From NCBI GenBank assembly GCA_040508315.1, contig JBEVNC010000149.1, forward strand, positions 10,348-74,347: DNA of 64,000 nt. Reading direction: 5' to 3'. Each line of letters begins with the position of its first letter. Within the stretch, counting starts at the first letter, position 1. The DNA comes from Sphingobium sp. GTDB taxonomy: Bacteria > Pseudomonadota > Alphaproteobacteria > Sphingomonadales > Sphingomonadaceae. This document shows positions 49,867 through 58,024 of the stretch, piece after piece. The notes beneath the pieces are model-generated. The model was not told the DNA's origin, searched no databases, and saw only the letters and a list, made by a program, of their open reading frames with translations. The translations under genes and the position numbers were made by a program.

Positions 49867-51438
49867 ATGACCGATCCCGACTGGTGGCGCGGCGCCGTCA
49901 TCTATCAGGTCTATCCGCGATCCTTTCAGGACAGCGACGGGGACGGGATCGGCGATCTCAACGGGATCACCCGCCGCCTGCCGCACATCGCCTCGCTGGG
50001 CGTGGATGCGGTGTGGATCTCGCCCTTCTTCAAGTCGCCGATGGCGGACATGGGCTATGACGTGTCGGATTATCGCGACGTCGATCCGCTGTTCGGGACG
50101 CTGGCGGATTTCGACCGGCTGATCGAGACGGCGCATGGCTTCGGCCTCAAGATCATCATCGATCAGGTATTGTCCCACACTTCCGACCAGCATGCGTGGT
50201 TCGTCGAAGGCCGCGCCAGCCGCGATAACCCCCGCGCCGACTGGTATGTCTGGGCCGATGCCAAGCCCGACGGCACAGCGCCGAACAACTGGCTCTCCGT
50301 CTTCGGCGGCCCTGCCTGGGAATGGGACGGGGTGCGGATGCAATATTATATGCACAGCTTCCTTGGCTCCCAGCCCGACCTCAACCTCCATAACCCGCAG
50401 GTGCAGGAGGAACTGCTCGACACCATCCGTTTCTGGCTGGACCGGGGCGTGGACGGGTTTCGGCTGGACGCGTGCAACCATTATTTCCACGATCTGGCGC
50501 TGCGCGACAATCCGCCCGCCGCCGCGCATGGCGACAAGGGGAGCGTTCAGGCGACCAACCCCTACGGCTTTCAGGACCATCTCTACGACAAGTCGCAGCC
50601 GGAGAATCTGGTCTTCCTCTCGCGCCTGCGCACCCTGCTCGCCGATTATCCCGGCGCCATCGCGCTGGGCGAGGTGGGCGACGAGGAGCGGTCGCCAGCC
50701 ACCGTGCAGCTATATACCGCGAGCGGCGAGCGGCTGCATTGCAGCTATACGTTCGACCTGTTCGGCATGGCGTTCGACCCGGCGCATTTCCGCAAGATAT
50801 TCACCGCGTTCGAGGGTGCGGCGGCGAGCGGGGCGGTGTGCTGGTCCTTCTCCAACCATGATGTGATGCGCTATGTCAGCCGCTGGACGAAACCGGGCGA
50901 CGATCCGGGAGACACTGCGCGCCTCGCCATCAACCTGCTCGTCTCGCTTTATGGGCCGATCTGCCTCTATCAGGGCGAGGAACTGGGGCTGCCCGAGGCG
51001 GACATCGCCTTTGAGGATCTGCGCGATCCCTATGGCATTCGCTTTTGGCCCGCGTTCAAGGGCCGCGACGGGTGCCGTACGCCGATGCCTTGGGAAAGCG
51101 CCGCACCGCATGCCGGTTTTTCCGACGCCAGGCCGTGGCTCCCCGTGCCCGACGCGCACAAGGCACTGGCGCTCGACCGGCAGGAGGGGAATGCGGGCAG
51201 CATCCTCTCCGCCTATCGCGAGGCTATCGCGCTACGGCGGGAGCATCCGGCGTTGGCGACCGGCACGCTGACATTCCTCGAAGGCGAGGATGAGGATGTC
51301 CTGGCCTTCGTGCGGGAGAGCGCGGACGAACGGCTGCTGTGCCTGTTCAATTTCGCGCGGGAAAGCGTGGCGTGGGAGGGCGAGGACGTGATGGTCATGC
51401 TGCCCCCGCTGGGCCATGTGCGGGTGCCGCTGGACTGA
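49867..51438 (+). CDS. GH13 alpha-glucosidase
   Basis: WWRGAVIYQVYPRSF.DSDGDGIGD, DMGYDVSDY, DGFRLDA, FSNHD, YQGEELG, GRDGCRTPMPW. Confidence 0.93.
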   Translation: MTDPDWWRGAVIYQVYPRSFQDSDGDGIGDLNGITRRLPHIASLGVDAVWISPFFKSPMADMGYDVSDYRDVDPLFGTLADFDRLIETAHGFGLKIIIDQVLSHTSDQHAWFVEGRASRDNPRADWYVWADAKPDGTAPNNWLSVFGGPAWEWDGVRMQYYMHSFLGSQPDLNLHNPQVQEELLDTIRFWLDRGVDGFRLDACNHYFHDLALRDNPPAAAHGDKGSVQATNPYGFQDHLYDKSQPENLVFLSRLRTLLADYPGAIALGEVGDEERSPATVQLYTASGERLHCSYTFDLFGMAFDPAHFRKIFTAFEGAAASGAVCWSFSNHDVMRYVSRWTKPGDDPGDTARLAINLLVSLYGPICLYQGEELGLPEADIAFEDLRDPYGIRFWPAFKGRDGCRTPMPWESAAPHAGFSDARPWLPVPDAHKALALDRQEGNAGSILSAYREAIALRREHPALATGTLTFLEGEDEDVLAFVRESADERLLCLFNFARESVAWEGEDVMVMLPPLGHVRVPLD

Positions 51439-51440
51439 GG

Positions 51441-51803
51441 TCAGCGATAGGCGAGGCGCAGGAACAGCCAGAAAGCGGGGTCGAGGCTGACCCAGGCGAG
51501 GTCCGCGGCCGTTATCGCCAACAGCCAGCCCGAAAAGCTGATGCGGGTCGCCAGCATGGCATGCAGGCCCGCCAGCACGGACCAGCAAAGGGCGCCGAAA
51601 CCGAGCGCGACCGGCGTCATCATCAGCAGTGCGCGACCGATCCGCGCGCCGTCATCGTCATGGCACCCCGGTCCCGGATCGCAGTCGCCCATGATGCTGC
51701 CGATGGCGATGACGAAGGCCATGGCGATCCACAGCAGCGCGACGAACAAGGCGGCATGGCCCCGTGTCCGGGCGAAATGGCGGCCTGGTGCCGCCGCCGT
51801 CAT
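51441..51803 (-). CDS. Hypothetical 3-TM membrane protein
   Basis: Three hydrophobic segments, loop GDCDPGPGCHDDD; ATGA overlap with the upstream dioxygenase. Confidence 0.55.
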   Translation of the reverse strand: MTAAAPGRHFARTRGHAALFVALLWIAMAFVIAIGSIMGDCDPGPGCHDDDGARIGRALLMMTPVALGFGALCWSVLAGLHAMLATRISFSGWLLAITAADLAWVSLDPAFWLFLRLAYR

Positions 51804-52483
51804 GCATCGGCCCAGCGCCGCAGCAGATTGTGATAGAGGCCGGTCAGGCGGATGATCGACGGGTCGTCATGGCCAGCGTTCGCCGCCAGCCCCTGAATCG
51901 ACTGGTCGAGGTCGAACAGCATCGCGCGCGCCATGTCGTCGCGCACCATCGACTGCACCCAGAAGAAGCTCGCCACGCGGCGGCCGCGCGTCACCGGATT
52001 GACGCGGTGCATGGAGGATGCGGGATAGAGGACCGCATGGCCGATGGGCAGCTTGACCTGCTGCACCCCGAACTGCGTCTCGACCGTCAGTTCCCCGCCG
52101 TCATAGGCCTCTGGCGGTTCCAGAAAGACGGTGATCGACAGGTCGGTGCGCAGGTGGCCGCCATTTCCGGGCAGCACGCGCATCGCATTGTCGATATGCG
52201 TGCCCAGCGCCTGCCCGCCTGCATAGCTGTTGAACAAGGGCGGCACGATGCGCAGTGGCAGTGCGGCGGCGATGAACAGCGGCGAGCGGCTGAGCGCCTG
52301 CAGGATGATCTGCGCGGCCTGCTGGCCCTGCTGGGAGCTTTGTGACAATTGCAGGTTGTTCTTGGCCAGCGCGACCTGATGGCCGGAGGTCTGGTTGCCA
52401 TCGACCCAGTCGGCCTCGTCGATCAGCGCGCGAACGGATGCGACGCCCGCGGCGTCGAGAAGGTCGGGAATGGCGATGAGCAT
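51800..52483 (-). CDS. Fe(II)/2OG-dependent hydroxylase (PiuC/YbiX type)
   Basis: WVDG..TSG.Q...K.N.Q, PP.FN.Y, HIDN, RTDLS.T.FL, YDGGEL, H.V.PVTRG.R, HNLLRRW. Confidence 0.92.
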   Translation of the reverse strand: MLIAIPDLLDAAGVASVRALIDEADWVDGNQTSGHQVALAKNNLQLSQSSQQGQQAAQIILQALSRSPLFIAAALPLRIVPPLFNSYAGGQALGTHIDNAMRVLPGNGGHLRTDLSITVFLEPPEAYDGGELTVETQFGVQQVKLPIGHAVLYPASSMHRVNPVTRGRRVASFFWVQSMVRDDMARAMLFDLDQSIQGLAANAGHDDPSIIRLTGLYHNLLRRWADA

Positions 52484-52494
52484 GAAAGGGGCGA

Positions 52495-53271
52495 TCAGTC
52501 CTTGAGGACGAAGGGGATTTCGACCAGCCCCTTGACCATGACTGCCTGGCCGCCGCGCATGATCGGCTCCCACCGCCATTTGCGCACCGCGTCGAGCGCG
52601 GCATTGTCCAGCCGCGAAAAGCCGCTGCTCTGGTTGATCGAGATGGTGGCGACCCGTCCGTCATAGCCAAGCGTCAGGGACAGGACGACGGTGCCCTGCT
52701 CGCGCTTGCGGCGGCTGTCGGTGGGATATTGTGGCGGTTTGCCCGTGACCATGCGGCTGCCCAGATCGCCGCCCTGAATGACGCTGGGCGGAGCAGGCGG
52801 GGAGGGCGGTGCCGAGGATTGCGTCGCGACCGGCGGAGTGGGCGGCATCGGTTGCGGATCGGGGACGGTCGGGACCATGATCGGCGACGGCGTCGGTATG
52901 TCGACGATGGGGCGCGGCGCGACCACGACGGGCGGCACGATCTTGGGCTGTTCGGGTTGCTCCGCGGGCGGCGGCGCGGCGGGCATCAGGTTGACGACCG
53001 TCAGCTTGGCCTCCTGCTTCCTCGCCACATGATCGCGCACGAGGAGGAAGGCGGCGAGCAGGCCGACATGGATCAGGATGGTGAGGATCGCGGCCGGCAG
53101 ATTGATCCGCCTGCCCTCGCCATAGCGTGAACCGGGCGGCAGCGCGACGGCAGTGGCCGTGGGAGCGGATACATAGGGTGCGCGCGGGCGGGCGACGGAC
53201 ATATCCGCCAACGTCGCTTCGGCGCTCATGCCTTCTGCCTCACGTAACATCGCGGCGCTTGCCCCTGTCAT
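52495..53271 (-). CDS. tonB: Energy transducer TonB
   Basis: TM with His (ILIHVGLL), Pro-rich spacer, YP..SRR..EQGTV, SSG..RLD.AAL.AV..WR; start uncertain. Confidence 0.9.
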   Translation of the reverse strand: MTGASAAMLREAEGMSAEATLADMSVARPRAPYVSAPTATAVALPPGSRYGEGRRINLPAAILTILIHVGLLAAFLLVRDHVARKQEAKLTVVNLMPAAPPPAEQPEQPKIVPPVVVAPRPIVDIPTPSPIMVPTVPDPQPMPPTPPVATQSSAPPSPPAPPSVIQGGDLGSRMVTGKPPQYPTDSRRKREQGTVVLSLTLGYDGRVATISINQSSGFSRLDNAALDAVRKWRWEPIMRGGQAVMVKGLVEIPFVLKD

Positions 53272-53309
53272 ACCCACCGATTCCTTTGTCCGGCCTTAGC
53301 GGAAAGCGT

Positions 53310-53328
53310 AATGCGAATCAATCGCATC
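53310..53328. promoter_or_regulatory. Fur-box-like 19-bp palindrome upstream of tonB
   Basis: AATGCGAATCAATCGCATC (ATGCGA-N5-TCGCAT). Confidence 0.7.
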
Positions 53329-53362
53329 ACCTGCAACTGATTGTCATTGTCGGGACACAAAG

Positions 53363-53395
53363 AAAAGCCCCGCCGGACGCGGGGTCCGGCGGGGC
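53363..53395 (-). terminator. Intrinsic terminator after the TonB-dependent receptor
   Basis: Minus strand GCCCCGCCGGAC-CCCGC-GTCCGGCGGGGC followed by TTTTCTTT. Confidence 0.85.
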
Positions 53396-53466
53396 AGCCT
53401 CCCGAACGGGCGGCGATGAGGGAAGAGTATCGCTGCCCGGCCGGGGGCCGGGGTCTGACCGTGGAT

Positions 53467-55887
53467 TTAGAACGAGCCGGTCAGGCTGAACACCGCGGAC
53501 CGCTCGGCGCCGGGCGTGCCCCAGCTGGAACCGGTCGAGGTGCGGACCGTCGTCAGATACTTCTCGTTGAAGAGGTTCTGGACGTTGACCTGCGCGCGCA
53601 GATTATCGTTGATCGTGTAGGCCACCATCAGACGCTGCGTGACATAGCTCGACACATAGTAGGGAATGTACGGCGTGGTCGTGCCGGGCGTCAGCGAGGC
53701 AAGGTTCGGCGTGTTGAGCAGATATTTGCCCTGATAGTTCAGGCCATAGCCCACTTCGAGACCGAAGGGGAAACGGTAGCTGGTGAACGCACTGCCCGAA
53801 TAGTTGGGTGCCAGCGCGAGCGAATAGCCTGCAGTGGGATCGATGACGGCGGGGCTGTTGGCGCAGGTGACCGCCGTCGTGGTGCCCTGAGGCGTGTAGC
53901 TGGCGCCGGGGTTGGCAAGGCAATAGTCCGACACGCCCTGACGCACCTTCGCCGTGACATGCTGGAAGCTGCCCGAGATCGACCATTCGGGCGTAATGCT
54001 GCCGGTCACGCTGAAGTTCACGCCCTTGGTGCGCTGCTTGCCGTCGAGAACCTGATCGGTCACGGTCGGGTCGGCCGATGCGACGCGGATGGTATCGCGA
54101 TCATTCTGGAAGAGCGAGAAGCTGACCAACAGCGCCTTATCGAAGAACTCGGCCTTCGCGCCGATTTCGTAGTTCTTCGTCGTTTCCGGCTTGGTCGTGC
54201 AGTTATTGCCAACAGGGTTGGGAACGGTAGGCGTAGGTTCGATCTGCGTGCAGCCCGCGCTGACCGCCGACTGGGACGGACGGCGGGAATTGCCATAAGC
54301 TGCATAGATGCTGGTGTCCGGGGTCGGCTTGACCACGAGACCGGCGCGGTAGGAGAACAGATTGTTGCTGGACTCCGTATAACCGGTGCGGTCGCCGGTG
54401 AGCGGCTGCGTCGAGTTGTGGCCCTTGACCTTTTCGTAGCGGATGCCGCCGTTGAGTTGCAGCCAGTCAGTGAACTTCATGGTGTCGAACAGATAGCCCG
54501 CGAACACTTCCTGCGTGCCCAGCGTGGTGGCGCCCTTCGTGTAGGTCAGCGGGCCGGTATAGAGCGGGCTGGGCCCAAGCGTGCTGAAGATCGGCCAGCC
54601 GCCGGGGGGCGGGGACGCCGCGCTGCCGAGAGCGATCTGGTCGAAATTCTCCCAGAGATAGGAGCCGCCGACGTTGAACGTGTTCTCGATGCTGCCGAAG
54701 TTGACCGTGCCGTTGACGTCCAGCTGGCTGGCGAGCGTCTCGTTATGGATGCGGCGCGCGGTGCTGCGGTTGGCGGTCAGCGGATTGTTGGCCTGGAAGG
54801 TGTTCGCCGTCAGGCCGGTGGCGCATGCTTGGTTGGCGGCTGTCAGGGCTGCGGCGGGATTGTAGGTGCCGCCCGTGCCGTTCGACAGGCAGTATGCGCC
54901 GCCCGGATTGGTGGTGTTGGTTTCCTGAAGGATATTCTCATAGCGGTTGAGCAGGCGGATGCGCAGCTTGTCGCTGAACTCGTGGCTCGCGATCGCCTGG
55001 ATGGCGTCGGTCTTGGAATTCTGCTTGTCGGCGCCGTAGACACCGAAATAGGTCGACCGGCTGATACCCGGCAGCAGGCCGCCGCGCGTCGGATAATAGG
55101 GGATGCCGTAGAAGGGCAGCGCGTGGTCGGTCAGATGCTCATACTGGACGACGAGGCTGGTCGGACCGTCGAGACCGATGCGGACGGACGGTGCGACGCC
55201 CCACCGGTCGCTAAACTCATAATCGCGGCCGGGCACGTCATTCTGGTGATACACGGCGTTCAGGCGCACGGCGATCATGTCGGTGAGGCGCTTGTTGATG
55301 TCGACCGTGCCGCGCCAGTAATTGTCGGTGCCGACGCCGGCACTGGCCTGGATCTTGTCCTCGGTCAGCGGCTGCTTGGTCACCAGGTTGATCGATCCCG
55401 CGACGTTGCCGCCACCGCTGTAGACCGAGTTCGCGCCGGTCGTCACTTCGACCTGCTCGATATTATAGGTCTCGTTGCGGCTGAGGCTGGAGCTGCTGCG
55501 GACACCGTTGACGGTGATGTCGTTGCGCGCATCGACGCCGTTGATGTTGATGAGATCGCCATAGCCGAAGCCGCCTTCGCCCGCGCTGTAGGTGATGCCG
55601 GGGACGTTGGCGAGGACGTCGCGCAGCGTCAGCAGGTTCTGCTGCTCGATATTCGCGCGCGAGATGACGGTGATCGTCTGGGGCGTGTCGACCAGCGGCG
55701 CCGTGTATTTCGGCGATGCGGCGCGCTCCACCCTGACGCTAGGCTCATCGATTGCGGTATCGGTAACGGTGACGCCGCCGAGCTTCTCTGCCTTCTCTGG
55801 TTCCTGAGCATGGGCCGGAGTGGCGAATGCGAGCGCGCTTACGCAGCTCAGCGCAAGAAAAGATGGTGTGGACGTATTTTTCGACAT
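53467..55887 (-). CDS. TonB-dependent receptor (Fiu/PiuA-like siderophore receptor)
   Basis: Signal peptide, SPKYTAPL.DTPQTI.VI, plug (GEGG..GD..N.G, EQVEV..G, GSINLVTK), NV.NLFNE.Y, terminal F. Confidence 0.92.
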   Translation of the reverse strand: MSKNTSTPSFLALSCVSALAFATPAHAQEPEKAEKLGGVTVTDTAIDEPSVRVERAASPKYTAPLVDTPQTITVISRANIEQQNLLTLRDVLANVPGITYSAGEGGFGYGDLININGVDARNDITVNGVRSSSSLSRNETYNIEQVEVTTGANSVYSGGGNVAGSINLVTKQPLTEDKIQASAGVGTDNYWRGTVDINKRLTDMIAVRLNAVYHQNDVPGRDYEFSDRWGVAPSVRIGLDGPTSLVVQYEHLTDHALPFYGIPYYPTRGGLLPGISRSTYFGVYGADKQNSKTDAIQAIASHEFSDKLRIRLLNRYENILQETNTTNPGGAYCLSNGTGGTYNPAAALTAANQACATGLTANTFQANNPLTANRSTARRIHNETLASQLDVNGTVNFGSIENTFNVGGSYLWENFDQIALGSAASPPPGGWPIFSTLGPSPLYTGPLTYTKGATTLGTQEVFAGYLFDTMKFTDWLQLNGGIRYEKVKGHNSTQPLTGDRTGYTESSNNLFSYRAGLVVKPTPDTSIYAAYGNSRRPSQSAVSAGCTQIEPTPTVPNPVGNNCTTKPETTKNYEIGAKAEFFDKALLVSFSLFQNDRDTIRVASADPTVTDQVLDGKQRTKGVNFSVTGSITPEWSISGSFQHVTAKVRQGVSDYCLANPGASYTPQGTTTAVTCANSPAVIDPTAGYSLALAPNYSGSAFTSYRFPFGLEVGYGLNYQGKYLLNTPNLASLTPGTTTPYIPYYVSSYVTQRLMVAYTINDNLRAQVNVQNLFNEKYLTTVRTSTGSSWGTPGAERSAVFSLTGSF

Positions 55888-55923
55888 GTTCGGAAACCCC
55901 CTTGTCAAACTGGAGGTCCGCCT

Positions 55924-55971
55924 ATTGAGACGCATTCGCAATGTCAATCGCTAATGAGATTCGTTCTTATT
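55924..55971. promoter_or_regulatory. Two Fur-box-like sites upstream of the receptor
   Basis: ATTGAGACGCATTCGCAAT (55924-55942) and AATGAGATTCGTTCTTATT (55953-55971). Confidence 0.65.
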
Positions 55972-56012
55972 GTTGTAGCGAAATATCTTGTTGCGTCGCA
56001 AAATCGCTGATG

Positions 56013-56264
56013 TCACAAATTGTCGCGGCTCGTGGCCTGGTCGAGCAGCCAGCAGCGCAGCACGCTGGCCAGATTCGCAGAAGCGCCCGCATCGACACGA
56101 TCGGCGTCGATACGGGCGACAAGTGCGTTCAAAGGCAGTTTCTCGGCCAGTGCAGCAGCCTCCAACGCGGCCCAGAAGGGCGGTTCGAGGCTGATCGAAC
56201 TGGAATGACCGGCAATCGTCATGCTGCGCTTGATCGGACCGGCGTAAAGGTCTGATGCGGACAT
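56013..56264 (-). CDS. Ribbon-helix-helix domain protein (RHH_4 type)
   Basis: KRS..IAGH.SSISLE..FW.AL, LVA.ID, NLAS.LR. Confidence 0.85.
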   Translation of the reverse strand: MSASDLYAGPIKRSMTIAGHSSSISLEPPFWAALEAAALAEKLPLNALVARIDADRVDAGASANLASVLRCWLLDQATSRDNL

Positions 56265-56280
56265 GGCGACGCCCGGCCCG

Positions 56281-57003
56281 TCAATACATATGCTGGCCAC
56301 CATTCATGGACAGGGTAGAGCCGGTGACGAACCCGGCATCCTCGCTGCACAGGAAGGTGACGCCGCGGGCGATTTCCTCGGCATGGCCCAGGCGGCCGAC
56401 CGGAATCTTGGCCACGATCTTCTCCAGCACAGGCGCAGGCACGGCGGCGACCATCTCCGTATCGATATAGCCGGGTGCGATGGCGTTGACGGTGATGCCG
56501 AACTTCGCGCCTTCCTGCGCCAGCGCCTTGGTGAAGCCGTGGATGCCGGACTTGGCGGCGGCGTAGTTCACCTGGCCGTACTGGCCCGCCTGTCCATTGA
56601 TCGAGCCGATATTGATGATCCGACCCCAGCCGCGCGACCGCATGCCGCCAAAGGTCGCCTTGGCCATGTTGAAACACCCACCCAGGTTGACACGCATCAC
56701 CTCGTTCCAGTCGTCGAAGCTCATCTTGGACAGCACGCCGTCACGCGTGATGCCGGCGTTATTGACGACGATGTCGACGGGGCCGACCTCCGCCTCGATC
56801 TGGGTGACATTGCCGAGGCAGGCCTGATGATCGCCCACGTCCCACTTACGGGCCGCGATGCCGGTCGCTTCGGTAAAGGCCGCCGCCTTTACCGCATCGC
56901 CGCCATAATTGGCGATGACGGTGACGCCCAACTCCTTGAGGGCAAGACTGATCGCTTCCCCGATACCGCGTGTTCCGCCAGTCACGATCGCAATCCTGCC
57001 CAT
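56281..57003 (-). CDS. phbB: Acetoacetyl-CoA reductase
   Basis: VTGGTRGIG, NNAGITRD, SINGQAGQYGQVNYAAAKSG, TLSMNGGQHM. Confidence 0.93.
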   Translation of the reverse strand: MGRIAIVTGGTRGIGEAISLALKELGVTVIANYGGDAVKAAAFTEATGIAARKWDVGDHQACLGNVTQIEAEVGPVDIVVNNAGITRDGVLSKMSFDDWNEVMRVNLGGCFNMAKATFGGMRSRGWGRIINIGSINGQAGQYGQVNYAAAKSGIHGFTKALAQEGAKFGITVNAIAPGYIDTEMVAAVPAPVLEKIVAKIPVGRLGHAEEIARGVTFLCSEDAGFVTGSTLSMNGGQHMY

Positions 57004-57049
57004 CATAGTCCTCCATGTCGGCGACCCGGCTTTGCCCGCGTCGCCTTTC

Positions 57050-58024
57050 CTAAAACCCGTCCAGCCAGCCCGCCGTTTCACGTGCGATCAGTGTCCGATA
57101 CAGATGAATAGCGTCGCCGCTCGCATTGAGACACTGCAAAAGTGCGAAATTCCGTCCGCCCGCCCCGAGAAAAGCGTCCTTGCCGCGCAGGCCGATCTCC
57201 TCCAGCGTCTCCAGGCAGTCGGCAGCGAAGCCCGGCGTGATGACGGCGATGTCGCCAACGCCATCGCCTGCCGCCGCGCGCAGCACGGATTCCGTCTCCG
57301 GCTCCAGCCATTTCGCGCGTCCGAAGCGCGACTGAAAGCTGATCGCCACCGGTTGTCCGAGCGCATCGCCCAGCAGCCGGGCGGTCTCCACGCACTGGTC
57401 GTGATAGGGGTCGCCCAGCGTGCGCGTGCGTTCCGGCATGCCGTGGAAACTGGCGACGATCCGTTCCGGCACGAAGGGGAGGGCGGCGATCTCCGCCCGC
57501 GCGGCGTTGGCGAGCGCGTCGATATAGGCAGGGTCGTCGTGATAGGGGGGCATCATGCGGATAGCAGGCTGGCGGCGCATCGGGGCAAGGGCGGCGCTCA
57601 CCGCGTCCATGACGCTGGCCGTCGTCGCCGCGCAATATTGCGGATAGAGCGGGGCGATCAGGATGCGCTCGCACCCCGACGCCATCAGCGCGTCGATGCG
57701 GGTCGCGATGGACGGATTGCCGTACCGCATCGCCCAGTCGACGATCACGTCCTCGCGCCCCTTGAACGCCTCCGCCACGGCGCGGGTGTTGACGGCGAGG
57801 GGGGAGCCTTCGGGCGTCCAGACCTCGGCATAGGCGCGCGCCGACTTGGCGGGGCGGGTATTGAGGATGACGCCGCGCAGGATCGGCTGCCAGGCGATGG
57901 CCGGTATCTCCACCACGCGCGGGTCGGACAGGAATTCGCGCAGATAGATTTTCACCGCCTCCGCCGTCGGGGCGTCGGGCGTGCCGAGATTGACGATCAG
58001 AACGCCGACGCGGGGCGATGTCAT
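57050..58024 (-). CDS. hemH: Ferrochelatase
   Basis: NLGTPDAP, FLSDPRVVE, AMRYGNP, LYPQY, SFHG.P, FQSRFG..KWLEP, F.ADCLETLEEI, CLN. Confidence 0.95.
   Translation of the reverse strand: MTSPRVGVLIVNLGTPDAPTAEAVKIYLREFLSDPRVVEIPAIAWQPILRGVILNTRPAKSARAYAEVWTPEGSPLAVNTRAVAEAFKGREDVIVDWAMRYGNPSIATRIDALMASGCERILIAPLYPQYCAATTASVMDAVSAALAPMRRQPAIRMMPPYHDDPAYIDALANAARAEIAALPFVPERIVASFHGMPERTRTLGDPYHDQCVETARLLGDALGQPVAISFQSRFGRAKWLEPETESVLRAAAGDGVGDIAVITPGFAADCLETLEEIGLRGKDAFLGAGGRNFALLQCLNASGDAIHLYRTLIARETAGWLDGF

Noticed and set aside
53341-56010. 889-aa ORF antisense to the TonB-dependent receptor
   Set aside because: Same shadow-frame artefact; it spans a terminator and Fur boxes
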